DNA from: Cyanophora paradoxa CCMP329
Lineage: Eukaryota > Plantae > Glaucophyta
Direction of reading: 5' to 3'
Assembly (NCBI GenBank): GCA_004431415.1
Contig: QPMI01000028.1
Location: forward strand, 1 to 53,758
Length of the DNA: 53,758 nt
Part shown: one piece after another, positions 11,725 to 23,100 of the stretch
Layout of the letters: each line of letters starts with the position of its first letter
Numbering within the stretch: the stretch's first letter is position 1
Made by a program: the position numbers and the translations under genes
The notes under the pieces: generated by a model
Seen by the model: only the letters and a program-made list of their open reading frames with translations
Databases searched by the model: none
Told to the model about the DNA's origin: nothing

Positions 11725-12729
11725 TTACGCGAATCCAGCAATATTTGGATAGAAGGGGTGGGTCTCTCTCATTCTCATTTTGAAATACTCATAGATCGGA
11801 TCACCGGCAGGTTCATCACCATAGCGGATTTCGAAAGTCAGATGCACAGGTTGCCCCTCAAAATCAATTAATTCATTTTGAGCATTCACTACATCTACCG
11901 AAAGTTGCGATAGTGACATCTTTTTATTATAGTATTTATACAGCGGATTTGCTTCCGTCGAATTGTAAACAACGTGTTCCGCGAATTCTTTATCTTGAAC
12001 CGTGAGTTTATGGAAGTATCCAGTAAGGAGACCATCGGCACATTGAACGAGGTCACCCAGTTCTTTTACTCTCACGAAAAAGACGTTATCTTTACAGGTC
12101 TCAGTTGGGAATGTCGAGATAATACCATTTACATTTGCACCTGTGAAGACCGCATTTGTATCTGTTCCATAGGTCTGTGATTTGATGAACTTGTTTCCCC
12201 AGCGTCCAGCATCCATACCCAAGATTCGAGCGTGTCGTAGCGCTTTTTCGATTGCAGAAACAGAAGGATCTTTTGCATACGAGAAGCAAATATAGAATTC
12301 CATAGGAGCATAAAAGATAACTTTTTTTTGGGTTACATCCCAACCACAGCGAATTGCAGAAGGAGGCGAGAGATTCTCAAAACGGTTATTGATTCGGGCA
12401 ACGAGTTGTTGATGAGTATTGATTGGGGTTTTTAGACCTGCACCAGGTCTAATAGAACGCCAACTATCATATAGAATCTCAGGAGCATTTGCACCAGTGG
12501 ATGTGGATTTTTGGCTGAAATTGATAATAAATGCATCCTCCACTGTTACATCACCAGGTTCTGTCTCACCGCTAATGAGTGGGATGGAGTTATAGAATTC
12601 AGCGGAGACAAGGCGAACCGCTCTTACATTCTCATACGTCTTTGGAAGATCCGCAACAAACCGAGATGTTGGAGCATCCAGATTAGGTAGCGTTTTGAAG
12701 GAAGACACTTCAACGTATTCCACAGGCAT
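11725..12729 (-). CDS. Minor capsid protein (penton, single jelly-roll with insert) 1
   Basis: FVADLPKTYENVRAVRLVSAEFYNS at the N-terminus and LSQLSVDVVNAQNELIDFEGQPVHLTFEI at the C-terminus. Confidence 0.85.
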   Translation of the reverse strand: MPVEYVEVSSFKTLPNLDAPTSRFVADLPKTYENVRAVRLVSAEFYNSIPLISGETEPGDVTVEDAFIINFSQKSTSTGANAPEILYDSWRSIRPGAGLKTPINTHQQLVARINNRFENLSPPSAIRCGWDVTQKKVIFYAPMEFYICFSYAKDPSVSAIEKALRHARILGMDAGRWGNKFIKSQTYGTDTNAVFTGANVNGIISTFPTETCKDNVFFVRVKELGDLVQCADGLLTGYFHKLTVQDKEFAEHVVYNSTEANPLYKYYNKKMSLSQLSVDVVNAQNELIDFEGQPVHLTFEIRYGDEPAGDPIYEYFKMRMRETHPFYPNIAGFA

Positions 12730-12757
12730 CTTCTTTTATCTATAACCATATAATAAA

Positions 12758-13660
12758 ATGATTCGGCTTGTCAATGTCGATAGTAGAGATCGATTAGATG
12801 GACAGAAAGAAAACGCTTACAAGGTTTCACTAACCACACCAATAACCAGACCGCGACAGTGTCGTATCTTGTATGCTGAGATTCCCAACAGCATCTATAA
12901 TTCGATTGGAACCGATTATATTATAGTTCGTTATAACATTGGTGGTTTCATCCTTAACCAGCAAGTATTTCCATTACCGAGTGGTTACATAAACCAAGGA
13001 CACTTTGGAGTTACTCAACCATATAATTACGGTTTAAACTACGAAGTTCTTGAAAATACATTCTTTAAGATATACTACAATCCGACAACATACAAGTTAG
13101 AATTTTATAGCAGCGTTCCATTCGAAATAGCAGCGTCAAACAATAGAATCGCCAAACTACTTGGTCTTGCTTCAACATTATTGTTAAGCCAGCAACACAA
13201 TTTAGAAGATAACAGGTCTGTATTCGCTCCTGAGAATTTCTTATCGTATGCAGGAAGACCAATAACACCTGATCACCCACAATGGGGAATTACGTTTGAA
13301 GGTGTAGATCCAGTGCCGTTGCAACACAAAGCAACAAGTCCAAAGATGGCGGATATGAACGCTGAGCAATACTTGTATATGCACATCAAAGAACTCTCTT
13401 CTTTTGCATCCAACCACAATATAGTCCCGAAATCGCAACCGCAGAATCAAGGCGCGATCTTGCGATTACAATTGAGTCAGGACATCGGGAAGTATGTTTA
13501 CCATAGCGGAGAGCATGGTGAATACATAAAAATAACAGACAAAAACCTTGTTATTCGTGAATTAACAGTTGAATTTCGTGATTATTTTGGTGATCTTGTA
13601 GATATGAATGGTATCGATAATTCGTTTCAGTTGGAGTTTGTAGCTATTGGAAACGATTAG
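12758..13660 (+). CDS. Minor capsid protein (penton) 2
   Basis: VNVDSRDR..YKVSL..ILYAEIPNSIYN and LTVEFRDYFGDLVDMNGIDNSFQLEF, the PLV/NCLDV penton signature. Confidence 0.88.
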   Translation: MIRLVNVDSRDRLDGQKENAYKVSLTTPITRPRQCRILYAEIPNSIYNSIGTDYIIVRYNIGGFILNQQVFPLPSGYINQGHFGVTQPYNYGLNYEVLENTFFKIYYNPTTYKLEFYSSVPFEIAASNNRIAKLLGLASTLLLSQQHNLEDNRSVFAPENFLSYAGRPITPDHPQWGITFEGVDPVPLQHKATSPKMADMNAEQYLYMHIKELSSFASNHNIVPKSQPQNQGAILRLQLSQDIGKYVYHSGEHGEYIKITDKNLVIRELTVEFRDYFGDLVDMNGIDNSFQLEFVAIGND

Positions 13661-14261
13661 CTATTGGGATATATGGTTTGAAGATATCAGCGACAACACC
13701 ATTCTGATCCTCTGTATACCATCTGTTGTTTTCGCGAACCCAACGAGCGCCATTTTGTTTAAGGTATTTACGTAGAGTCGCTCGGTTCACAATCTTCCAT
13801 CCATGCTCTTCAAACTTAGCATGATAAGCACGAAGATCTCTTGGAATGTGGAAATAGTAACGTTCACGATGTTCTTCTTGTCCATAGCATATCCCAATTG
13901 CATTAATTACGTCATCGTGAGTCTTTGTAGTGTTGAAAAGAAGATCATGAAAATTAACAACAACGATGAAATCAAGTTCAGCATTACGCACTTCATTAAG
14001 ATGGCTAAACTTACCATGATCATTATAATTCACATGATTATAGAAGAACCGATCATCGCGAGTTCTCGCACAAATCCGATCCGAATTTCTCCGAAAATAA
14101 CCAAAACAAACCATTTGATCCATTCCAGGATAAGAGTATGTTCCAATCTTTCGATGCAAAACCTCAATAGTTTCAGCAAGATCAAGAATATCCTTCACAC
14201 CAAATCGCATTTCAGCAATCGGAACCGAGAAGATCGGCTCACCTTCGAAGAGATACGCCAT
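13644..14261 (-). CDS. Hypothetical viral protein with C-terminal GARW...WY (DUF5710-like) motif
   Basis: Intact 205-aa ORF ending with LKQNGARWVRENNRWY. Confidence 0.6.
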   Translation of the reverse strand: MAYLFEGEPIFSVPIAEMRFGVKDILDLAETIEVLHRKIGTYSYPGMDQMVCFGYFRRNSDRICARTRDDRFFYNHVNYNDHGKFSHLNEVRNAELDFIVVVNFHDLLFNTTKTHDDVINAIGICYGQEEHRERYYFHIPRDLRAYHAKFEEHGWKIVNRATLRKYLKQNGARWVRENNRWYTEDQNGVVADIFKPYIPIANRFQ

Positions 14262-14517
14262 GACACTGAATTACGTCTGAGAAAATCTTTTACCCGGTTT
14301 ACTCTATACTATCGCTTCTTCCTTAAATCATTTTGGGTTGCCCACGAGCATCATTTTTTTGAAAGTAAGACCTCCGTAATATCTAAATTGATAGATGAGA
14401 GAATAACAGAGATCTTTTCAGGGTTGGAGAAAGCGGAGAAGCAGATAGCAGCGCGATTTCCGAGTTAATCACACTGAGATTTTGAAGAAATATAACATGT
14501 CTTATTGAATATCGTCA

Positions 14518-14794
14518 GGTGTAACAGGTGTAACAGGTAAATCCCAAACTTCGCTCCTAGGGAGGCCAAAAACCCAAAACTTTGGGATTTACCTGTTACA
14601 CCTGTTACACCTTGGGATTCACCTGTTACATCTATCAAACAAAGCATTAATATATTCGATTCCTTACATTGATTATAGTGTCATGTAACAGGTGTAACAG
14701 GTGTTTCCCAAACTTTCCTCATAGGAGATGAAAAATCCAAAACTTTGGGATTTACCTGTTACACCCGTTACACCTTGGGATTCACCTGTTACAC
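14518..14794. repeat. Two tandem copies of the GGTGTAACA iteron palindrome, inverted relative to the 5279-5370 copy
   Basis: Copies at about 14518-14630 and 14684-14794. The spacer CTTCGCTCCTAGGGAGG is the reverse complement of CCTCCCTAGGAGCGAAG in the 5.3-kb copy. Confidence 0.9.
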
Positions 14795-14798
14795 ATTG

Positions 14799-15110
14799 AT
14801 TATCGACTGTTTAATTGGACATGTTACACTTGAAACACAATTTTGATACAGTAAAAAACAGAATCCAATCTTATCGATTGTTTAATTGGACATAATGCAA
14901 CTCTGGGGTCATTTTTGATACAGTAGAAATTTAACAGGAATCTTATCGATTGTTTAATTGGACGTAATGCAACTCTGGGGTCATTTTTGTTTCCCGAAAT
15001 CTCATCGATTGTTTAATTGGACATAATGCAACTCTGGGGTCATTTTTGTTTCCCGCAATCTCATCGATTGTTTAATTGGACATAATGCAACTCTGTGTGA
15101 ATTTTTGCGT
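14799..15110. repeat. Subterminal tandem repeats, five ~59-72-bp units (core ATCGATTGTTTAATTGGACATAATGCAACTCT)
   Basis: Units begin near 14799, 14869, 14941, 15000 and 15059. They probably form part of the right terminal inverted repeat. Confidence 0.9.
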
Positions 15111-17114
15111 TTTACGATAGAATGGGCGGTGGACTACTTCAATCGTGATTATATCACAAAAATTATGTTCCTTCAATCGAGATTATATCGAATTTGCTTA
15201 TTAATCGCGTTTATTGCGTTAAAATCACACATAGAGAAACGCGGCGTTTAAACCGGAGGCAAGATCTAATTAAGATCCAGTTATATTATTCGGAAACTTA
15301 TACAAATTCACGATTGATTTAAGTAAGACAAATCGAAATTAAGATAAATTTACCATAGAACATCAATAAATTATAAATGAAATACACAAAAATCAAAATA
15401 TTTTAATAATTCGATAGATTTCACACAGATTATCGATTGATTGATATAAAATATACGAGAGATATAAACAAGATCAATTAAGATAAGCCGAGGGTTTAAA
15501 CGCCGCGTTTCTCTATGTGTCCTAGGCATATCTGACAGACAACCCCGCGCAGGTGGAACTCGACACTGCGCCGGATTTCGAACCGCGAAAGCCGGAGCAT
15601 GCCGTCTCACACTGAGATCGCCCAACGCCTCCGGAAGACGAGGGAGCGAGCAGCCATGCGCGCGTCGCGATCTCGATCGGCCACAAGCAGCGGCAGCGAT
15701 CGGGCCGCAGCACCGAAGCCAGGCGACGCCAACGCGCATGCTTCGCGATCGACGTCCACGTCGGAGTCGCCATCTAGTACTAGCGCTAGCGTTGCACATG
15801 CATATGCATATGCGCAGCGCCATACCCAGAATCCGAACCCATGGCCAGAACGCATATCTCCAATTGCAAACGGGTATCTCAACGTCCCGCAGTCGTCGTG
15901 GACCGGAACGGAGCCGGCCTTCGAAGCGAACGCAGCATGCGCGGCCGCCAGCGCCGTACGCGTTAACCTTGGCGCTGACACGAAGAACGTACATGTGCCC
16001 CATCCACTTCCCGGCTCTCAACCAGCGCTAGCGCTGTTCAGCGGTTCTGCCGAGGCCGGCAGCTTGCCGTTGACTGCTTTGTCCACTACCCCTTGGTTTT
16101 CCTTCTATCCCTTCTATAGATAGCTCTCGATTCGATTTCTGGTGCCACATTATAATATAATTATAATTAATGATATGAATAGTAACTTGGTATTCTCACA
16201 AGCTGGCTATGGTCCGCCACCCTGGGCTCCCGAGACTGTCCCGAAGCCTTCCAAGGCCCGAGAACAAGGATCCGGCCTTGGGGGATCCGGGCCCCCAAGG
16301 ATCCCGGAGTCGTGGGGATCCGGAGTGCACGTGACTGTCCCCCCGGCCGGTTCTCTGCCGCACTAGCGTTAGTTCGTGTACGCGGTGTCTAGTGCACGTG
16401 ACTGTCCGGTATCGATGGTCGAAGAACGCTACCTGTACGAGCAAATTCGATTCATGATCAATTGCAACCCAGTTGGATGCATATGAGATGCTTCCTGCGG
16501 CTGAAAAGCTCCCTACACTCACGAGTCTTGTCCGGATCCACCGCGGTACCGGTACCGGCACGCGTACGGCCGCACCGTCATCATGGCATCGCGGTCATGC
16601 ACTGCAGCTGGTGAACGCATGCTTATAAGACTGAGAACTGGTTGCACTTAATGTAGATGAAGACTGAGACTTCCGGACCGTCGGGCTCGACCGGCCGCGG
16701 CATGCGCACCACGTGCACGTGCGTTCTGCAGCCGCAGGCCGCCGGCCGGCGCCCGGCGCGCGGCCGGGCCGCTCTGCAGCTGGGGCTTTCCCTCCTGCTT
16801 GTGAATATTAATCACTGCTCATTTGCATGCTGGGAGTCTTTTATTGTGAACAGCAGCGGGTACATTGATGCGACAGCTGTAGAAACGAAATTGCGATTGC
16901 GCGAGTGTGCATGTGTACATGCATGCCTACCATCGTGAGAGTACTCGTCTAACAGATCTAGATTACATTATGTGTAAACGAAATCGAAAGTAAATCTATA
17001 GTGCTACCTTCAGTACATTCAATTAATAGCTGAATTTACTACTCACGTGTGCACGCGTACGTGCGTAAATGTGCACAGGAAACTGGGAACTTAATTGATG
17101 CGCCGCTGGTTTCA

Positions 17115-20100
17115 TCACATGCGGACGGTGCGCTCGTACAGCGATGCAGAGGCGGCCTCCGGCTTCATGTCGGAGTACCTGTAGCGGAGGAGGGGCGAGG
17201 CCTCGCCGGCCATGCCGCCGGGGAAGACGGGCACCACCGCGAACTCGTTGGGGCCGTCGGCGTCACGCGCGATGCCCGAGACCTCGAGCGAGGTCTGCGA
17301 GCCCGGCACCGTGTCGACCACCTTGCCGTTCTGCATGACCTGGTAGGACGCCGGCGGGCCCGAGAGAGGGTGGTTCCACGCGAGGGTGCCGGAGGTGCCG
17401 CCGAACAAGCCCGTGGAGACGTTCGTGACGCGGAGGTTGGACGGCGCGTTGCGCGAGGCGGCAGCCACCGGCGGGCTCATGCCAGCCTGGCCTTGGGGCC
17501 CGAGAGCGCGGACGAGGATGAGGGCGCCAGCACCGGCACCCGCGAAGGCGGCCGACGAGAGGGCGATGGACGTCGCGTTCGGGGGCGCGCTGCCGAGCAT
17601 GCGCCCCGGTGCGCCGTCGGGCCCAGCGGACCAAATCTGGTTATGCATACATACTTAGAACATCATGTTGAAAGGCAGAGCGTTTAAATAAAAATCTCGC
17701 GAGTGCGGACCTCGTACTTCGCGACGGCGGAGCCAGATCCGGCAGAGTCTGCGTCCGGCCGGTCCCAAGCAACGACGGTGGATCCGGGGTTGCTCGGGGA
17801 CGGGTACGCTTGCACGTTCCGCGGAACGAACGCGGGGTTGCCGCTGCCAGCACCGGCGCCGTTGGCCGCCACCGGCGGGCTGCTGCCAGCCTGGCCCTGG
17901 CGCCCGACGGCGCGGACGAAGAGGAGTGCACCAGCGCCGGCGCCCGCGACGGCAGCCGACGAGAGGGCAATGGAGGTCGCGTTCGGCGGCGCGCTGCCGA
18001 GCATCTGCCCCGGCATGCCGTCGGGCCCAGCAGACCAAATCTGATGAGACAGATTCAGGACATCACGTCGCGATCGGGCTGAATACTATGCGCATGCAGT
18101 CGCGAGCTGGAGTGCGAACCTCGTACTTTGCGACGGCGGATCCGGAGCCAGATCCGGCAGAGGCCGCCTCCGGCTTGTCCCATGCCACGACGGTCGATCC
18201 AGGGTTGTTCGGCGACGGGTACGCTTGTACGTTGCGCGGCATGAAGGCGGGGTTGCCGCTGCCAGCCCCAGCGCCGGCCCCGTTGGCCGCCACCGGCGGG
18301 CTCATGCCAGCCTGGCCCTGGGGCCCGACGGCGCGGACGAGGATGAGGGCGCCAGCGCCGGCGCCCGCGAAGGCGGCCGACGAGAGGGCGATGGACGTCG
18401 CATCCGGCGGCGCGCTGCCGAGCATCTGCCCCGGCGTGCCGTCGGGTCCAACAGACCAAATCTGCAGCGATGCAAGGTCAGACCGGGTTTGCGAAGAACA
18501 AGCTTCAGCTCAAATCTGAACTCAAAGAGGAGCGCGTACCTCGTATTTCGCAACGGGTGAGCCGGAACCGGATCCCGAGCCGGATCCGTATCCGGATCCC
18601 GCTCCAAAGACGTCCGGACGGTCCCAAGCGACGACGGTCGATCCGGATCCGGGGTTGCCCGGAGCCGGGAACGCTTGCACGTTGCGCGGCACGAACGCCG
18701 GGTTGCCGCTGCCGGCGCCGCTGCCGGCGCCGGAACCAGTGCCGGCCCCATACCCGCCGCGGCCAGCACCGGTACCGGCACCAGTGCCGGGCCTGCTCCA
18801 CGGCTGATTGGCGGAGCTAGGGCCCTGGTTGGCCGGCTGACTCGTGAGTCCGAGATTCTGGTTGCCATATGGCTGGTTGGGACCGGCGCCCGGGTACGGC
18901 TGGTTGGGGCCGGCGCCGGGGTACGGCTGGTTGGCGGCACCAGCACCCGAGTAAGGCTGGTAGCCGGTAGTGGGCGCCGGGTTGTTGCCGCCCCACGAGA
19001 AAAGGCCGGTGGAGCCAGCTCCCTTGGCGACTGCAATGCCGCCGAGCAAGAGGGCCACGCCGCCAATGCCGAAAGCGATGGGCAGGATGAACGCGAGCTG
19101 CGCAGATGTGCCCGCCCGGTCAGTGCACCGGTACCGGTACCCGATCATAATTTATTATATGAGCTCGCCTGGTTGGTGTTGCTCTTGGAGCTCTCGTGGT
19201 CCGGCGGGGCGATGCCGCCGAGCTCGGACGAGAGGACGGGGACGGGCATGGTCGAGTCCGGAGGGATGAGGGTGCCGGTGGTGAAGGTCGTCAGATGCGT
19301 GCACCGCCCGCGGAGGTACCACGTGCCCTGCGCGCGTGCGCGCCACGTCAGCCGCAGAGCGGTGGAACGGAAGAAGACGCAGGCGATCGCAAGGACGTAC
19401 GCCGCGCTGGAAGATGTCGCCGGGCTTCTTCGGGTCGTCGGGATCGCCTGAGGATCGAGAGAATTCAGAAAACATATTTCGAAATCCAATCGCAGAGTTT
19501 GAGTTCGGGGTCGAAGCCTAAGCGCGCACCAAGCGCCATGTTGGCCGGCGGCCCGCACGTCTCCCAGGATTGGGCGGTGGAGTTCCAGAAAAGGAGGGAG
19601 AGGACGGGGACGACCGGCGGCCGCTCCGCGACGGTTGCGGGGAAGGGAATCTCTGCAGTTCGGGAGGAGCTGCGTGAATACGACGCGCACGGCCGCCGTA
19701 CATGCACGTGCATGTGCAGAGGCCAAGCAATCACGATGTCAAATTACGAACCCATGATAATCGGATTACTCTCACTGATGCCCTGGATGTCCTGGCCAAG
19801 AACTGCAGAGGAGGAGCAAGTTGAGCAGATATCTAGAAAGAGATCCAGAGAAAAGCATGCGCTGTGCTCGAACCGCTAATGTCGAGGAAACTGCGAAGAG
19901 AGGACGTGAGTACTTTTGAAGCGACAATTTCAAATTGATATCGATCGCGATTGGAGGCGGGACGTCTCACCCGCCGATGAGCTTCGCGGTGCCGACACCG
20001 CCGCCGGGAGGCCGGTAGATAGGGGAGTAGGGCGACGTCTTCATGTTTATTGCCGCCACACCGAACCCGTCCTTCCCCTCTGCGCCGCGAATAGAACATC

Positions 20101-23100
20101 AATCGCACCTCGCAGCTCACAGAACGCCTGATGATGAGGGCGTGCGTGCACGTGCACGTGTGCACACCTTTTGGCACGAAGTCGCGGATCTCTGGAATGA
20201 AGCACGCGCGCGCACGCACGCGGCGCAGGTCAGAGACGCCGAAATCGATGCCTTTGATAGGGGATGTGTGAAGCTTAAGGCGCGCACGGAAGGGGAGGAG
20301 GACGCGCGACTGGGCGACGCCGGCCGTCTGGTCCTGCTCGACCTGCTCGAGCGGGCTCAGCGTCCATCTCTCTCAAAGGCTTCGACTCGCGTAAACGCGT
20401 TTCGAGATGTCGTTGTGCGCACCGGGTAATAATCCTTGATATTGGTGAAGCAAACTGAATTCAAAATGTACCGCCGTCAGCTTTGAAAGCACCGAGATCG
20501 AATACCGGTCGCGCATCGGATCCGGAGCCGCAACAACGCACTCTTCCCGGTCGTAATGCTGGCTTCCGTCACGCCGCGCTTCTTGAAGCCTTGGCCGCAC
20601 ACATCGCACTCCGCGGCCCTGGTTGCGGGGCCCTGCACGCGCCCAAAGCATGCACGTGAGCACATTAATATCTGAAATTACCCGAATTTTCGAACCTTGA
20701 TGAGGTTTTCGAGCAGACTTGCCATGCCACTTTCGGACTTGCCATTCGTCGTCTGAACCTCGTTCTTCGTCATCAGCTTCACATCGGGGCTCCACTCGTC
20801 CGAGGACTGATCATGAGCGGGCGCGCGACATGTCAGTCTCCAGAAAAGGCCGAATGTGGCCCAATGCGAAAGGACGCACTATGGCGGCGCCCAATGCCTC
20901 AGCCATTGCCGTATCCTTTTCAGCGGCGATGTCGTCGGGAATTTCGCACGGGTCCACCTCCGGAGCGCACGCGTAGACCCGCATGATCTCGGTTTCGTTG
21001 GTTAAGACGCTGCTCGGGTACCAATGCATGTATATAATCAGTAAATGTATATATGCGATTCTAAGCAGCGGAATTTATAATTACAACGAACCCGGCGGCA
21101 AGCCTGCCCACGGCAGAAACAGTCGTGATGCCGAGGATCTTGTCCGGCGTTGTTTTCGCGGAAGGCGTCGAGGCGCAGGTGTCATCAATGAGCATGTTCG
21201 TGCAGTTCTTCAGCAGAGGCTTTCCTGTTCGGATTGCACCTCGCGGTCAGTTGTGCCCTTGAGCTCCGCGTGGGCTTAAGGATGCATATGAGAGCAATAA
21301 AAGCGCACCGGACGCAGTCAGGGTCGACTGCAGCTGGCGGGAAGTCGCGGTGGCCGCCTGCAGAATTCTCTTGTCGTACGCGAGGCGGGAGAGCTTGCCG
21401 CTGCTGAGTTCCGCGTCGAGCTTGGCCTTCCGGGCCTTGTACGCCGCGCAGGGGTCATCGCGAGCCTTGACGATGGCGGTGAGAGGGACGTCTGCAGAAG
21501 CGAGGGATGTTAATATCAACTCGACACGCGTCGACGTCGACATAGGCCGCGAGTGCGAGCGAAGAAGTTATAGCGAAGTACACACCCGTCCAGCCTCCAT
21601 TCGCATCAGTGACCTAGCCATCACGCATGGCCTCAGTTGCAGCACTTCAAAGAAGTCACGCAATGCACGAATAAACTCGAACGCACTGTCGCGATGAGGT
21701 TGACGGGGTTGCCAACGGGCAGAACTGCGCGTGCGCGAAGAATCCGTAAGAATCACATCTGTTCGGGTAATTGTCGCATGAACTTGAGCTGCACCGAGAT
21801 CGGGCATCGTGGTCTCCGGCTGGTTAGGAACCAAAATCGTCCGCCCCTCGGGGGTCACGATCTGTCAGATTGCGCGTGAGCTCAATCTCCGATTTCCAGC
21901 AATCAAGTGTACGTGGATCGATATCACAAGTTGCTGCGCACGCGGAGCGAGTACGAGAGCGGGTTCCCGCTCGGCTCCTTGCTGCCGGGGATCCAGTCCG
22001 AGCACGTGACGGTGAACGTGTCCTCAAGGAGCCAGCCCTCAGGCGGCGCGATGGTGCACTTGCCGCCCTCCGGGGGGCCGAGGAGGCGGACGCGGATCTC
22101 GTCAAAGACGACCTCGCCTGGCGGCGCGCCGGGGTAACTCGCGTAGCAGCGCAGGATGTACTCCTTGTCTGACGGTTTCGAAGTTAAACAAGCCTTCTAG
22201 CGGCGGCCTAGGAGGCGAGATGTTGCGAACTCAGCACGAGCGCGGGGCGCTTGTCGGGGGTGAAGTTCAGGGTGTTCTCTGCCTTCGTCGTCCCGTTGTT
22301 CAGGTAACTGAAAACCGAATAATTCGAAGTCAGGCGGTTGGATGATCATGACTTAGAGAAACGCGACGGCGCTGCGAACTAAAATGCGCACGTGAGGAGG
22401 CTCGCGAGCTCGGGCTCGTTGTTGGGGGCCACCCAGCCTTGCACGGCGACGTTCGGGAAGTTCGGGTCCGAGGCGACGCTCGAGCGGCAGCGCATGGCGA
22501 GCGAGCGCGTCGGCCGCAGGCCCAGCGGGTTCTTCGTCTGCGACGTCTCGAGCTGCACGGCGGGCCCGAAGTTGGTTAGAATTTTAAGAAATGCAATGTG
22601 CATACGCGTGAGTTCGTAGCGCACATCGATTTTGACGACGGGAAGCGGTTTGTCGAGGACGGTAATGGTGGCAGAGGCCTGGTCCTCGGCCACGGTTCCG
22701 TCGGGGCAGGTGGCGATCGTCTTCAGGTGCAGGGTGTACGAGCCTCCGGGGTTGAAGTTGGCTTCGCGCGCGTTCGGTAAGCCGCTGCAGTCGTGCCGCG
22801 CGACTCTGAATCAAACAGCGACTCACCGATCGGGTTGGGGGTGGCCGAGCTGGGGGCCAGCGGGACGCTCTTGAGCTCGGCGCTGGGGCCGGCCTTGAAG
22901 ATGACGTTCGGGCTCGCGAAGTCCTCGCCCAGGGGCACCAGGCGCCACTCGTGCGTGAGGGTCGCGGTCGCGGGGCACTTCCCGCGGGGAACCGACCTGC
23001 GCAATTTCATTCCGTTGATCCGAAAAGCAGCTCGAACTTCAGCGCCACTCACGCGGCCACCGCGACGAGCGGGACGTCCTTGCCAACCGAACGGTCACCG

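Larger units (their letters stand above)
1..15138. mobile_element. Endogenous Polinton/Maverick-like virus (PLV), left end outside the window
   Basis: Compact, intron-less, AT-richer block carrying rve integrase, pPolB, D5 primase-helicase, packaging ATPase, MCP and two pentons. Subterminal tandem repeats are followed by ACTACT (15133-15138), the canonical Polinton 3' terminus. Composition shifts to GC-rich intron-containing DNA shortly after. Confidence 0.93.

Noticed and set aside
13803-14468. 221-aa plus-strand ORF
   Set aside because: It is mostly the antisense shadow of the 13644-14261 gene and has an implausible composition.
14799-15110. Possible CRISPR-like array
   Set aside because: The intervening sequences are short and mutually related rather than unique spacers, there are no cas genes, and the position fits viral subterminal repeats.
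15550-15700. tRNA-like or SINE-like sequence on the minus strand (GGTTCGAAATCC box-B-like)
   Set aside because: I could not fold a convincing cloverleaf. tRNAscan-SE or Infernal would be needed.
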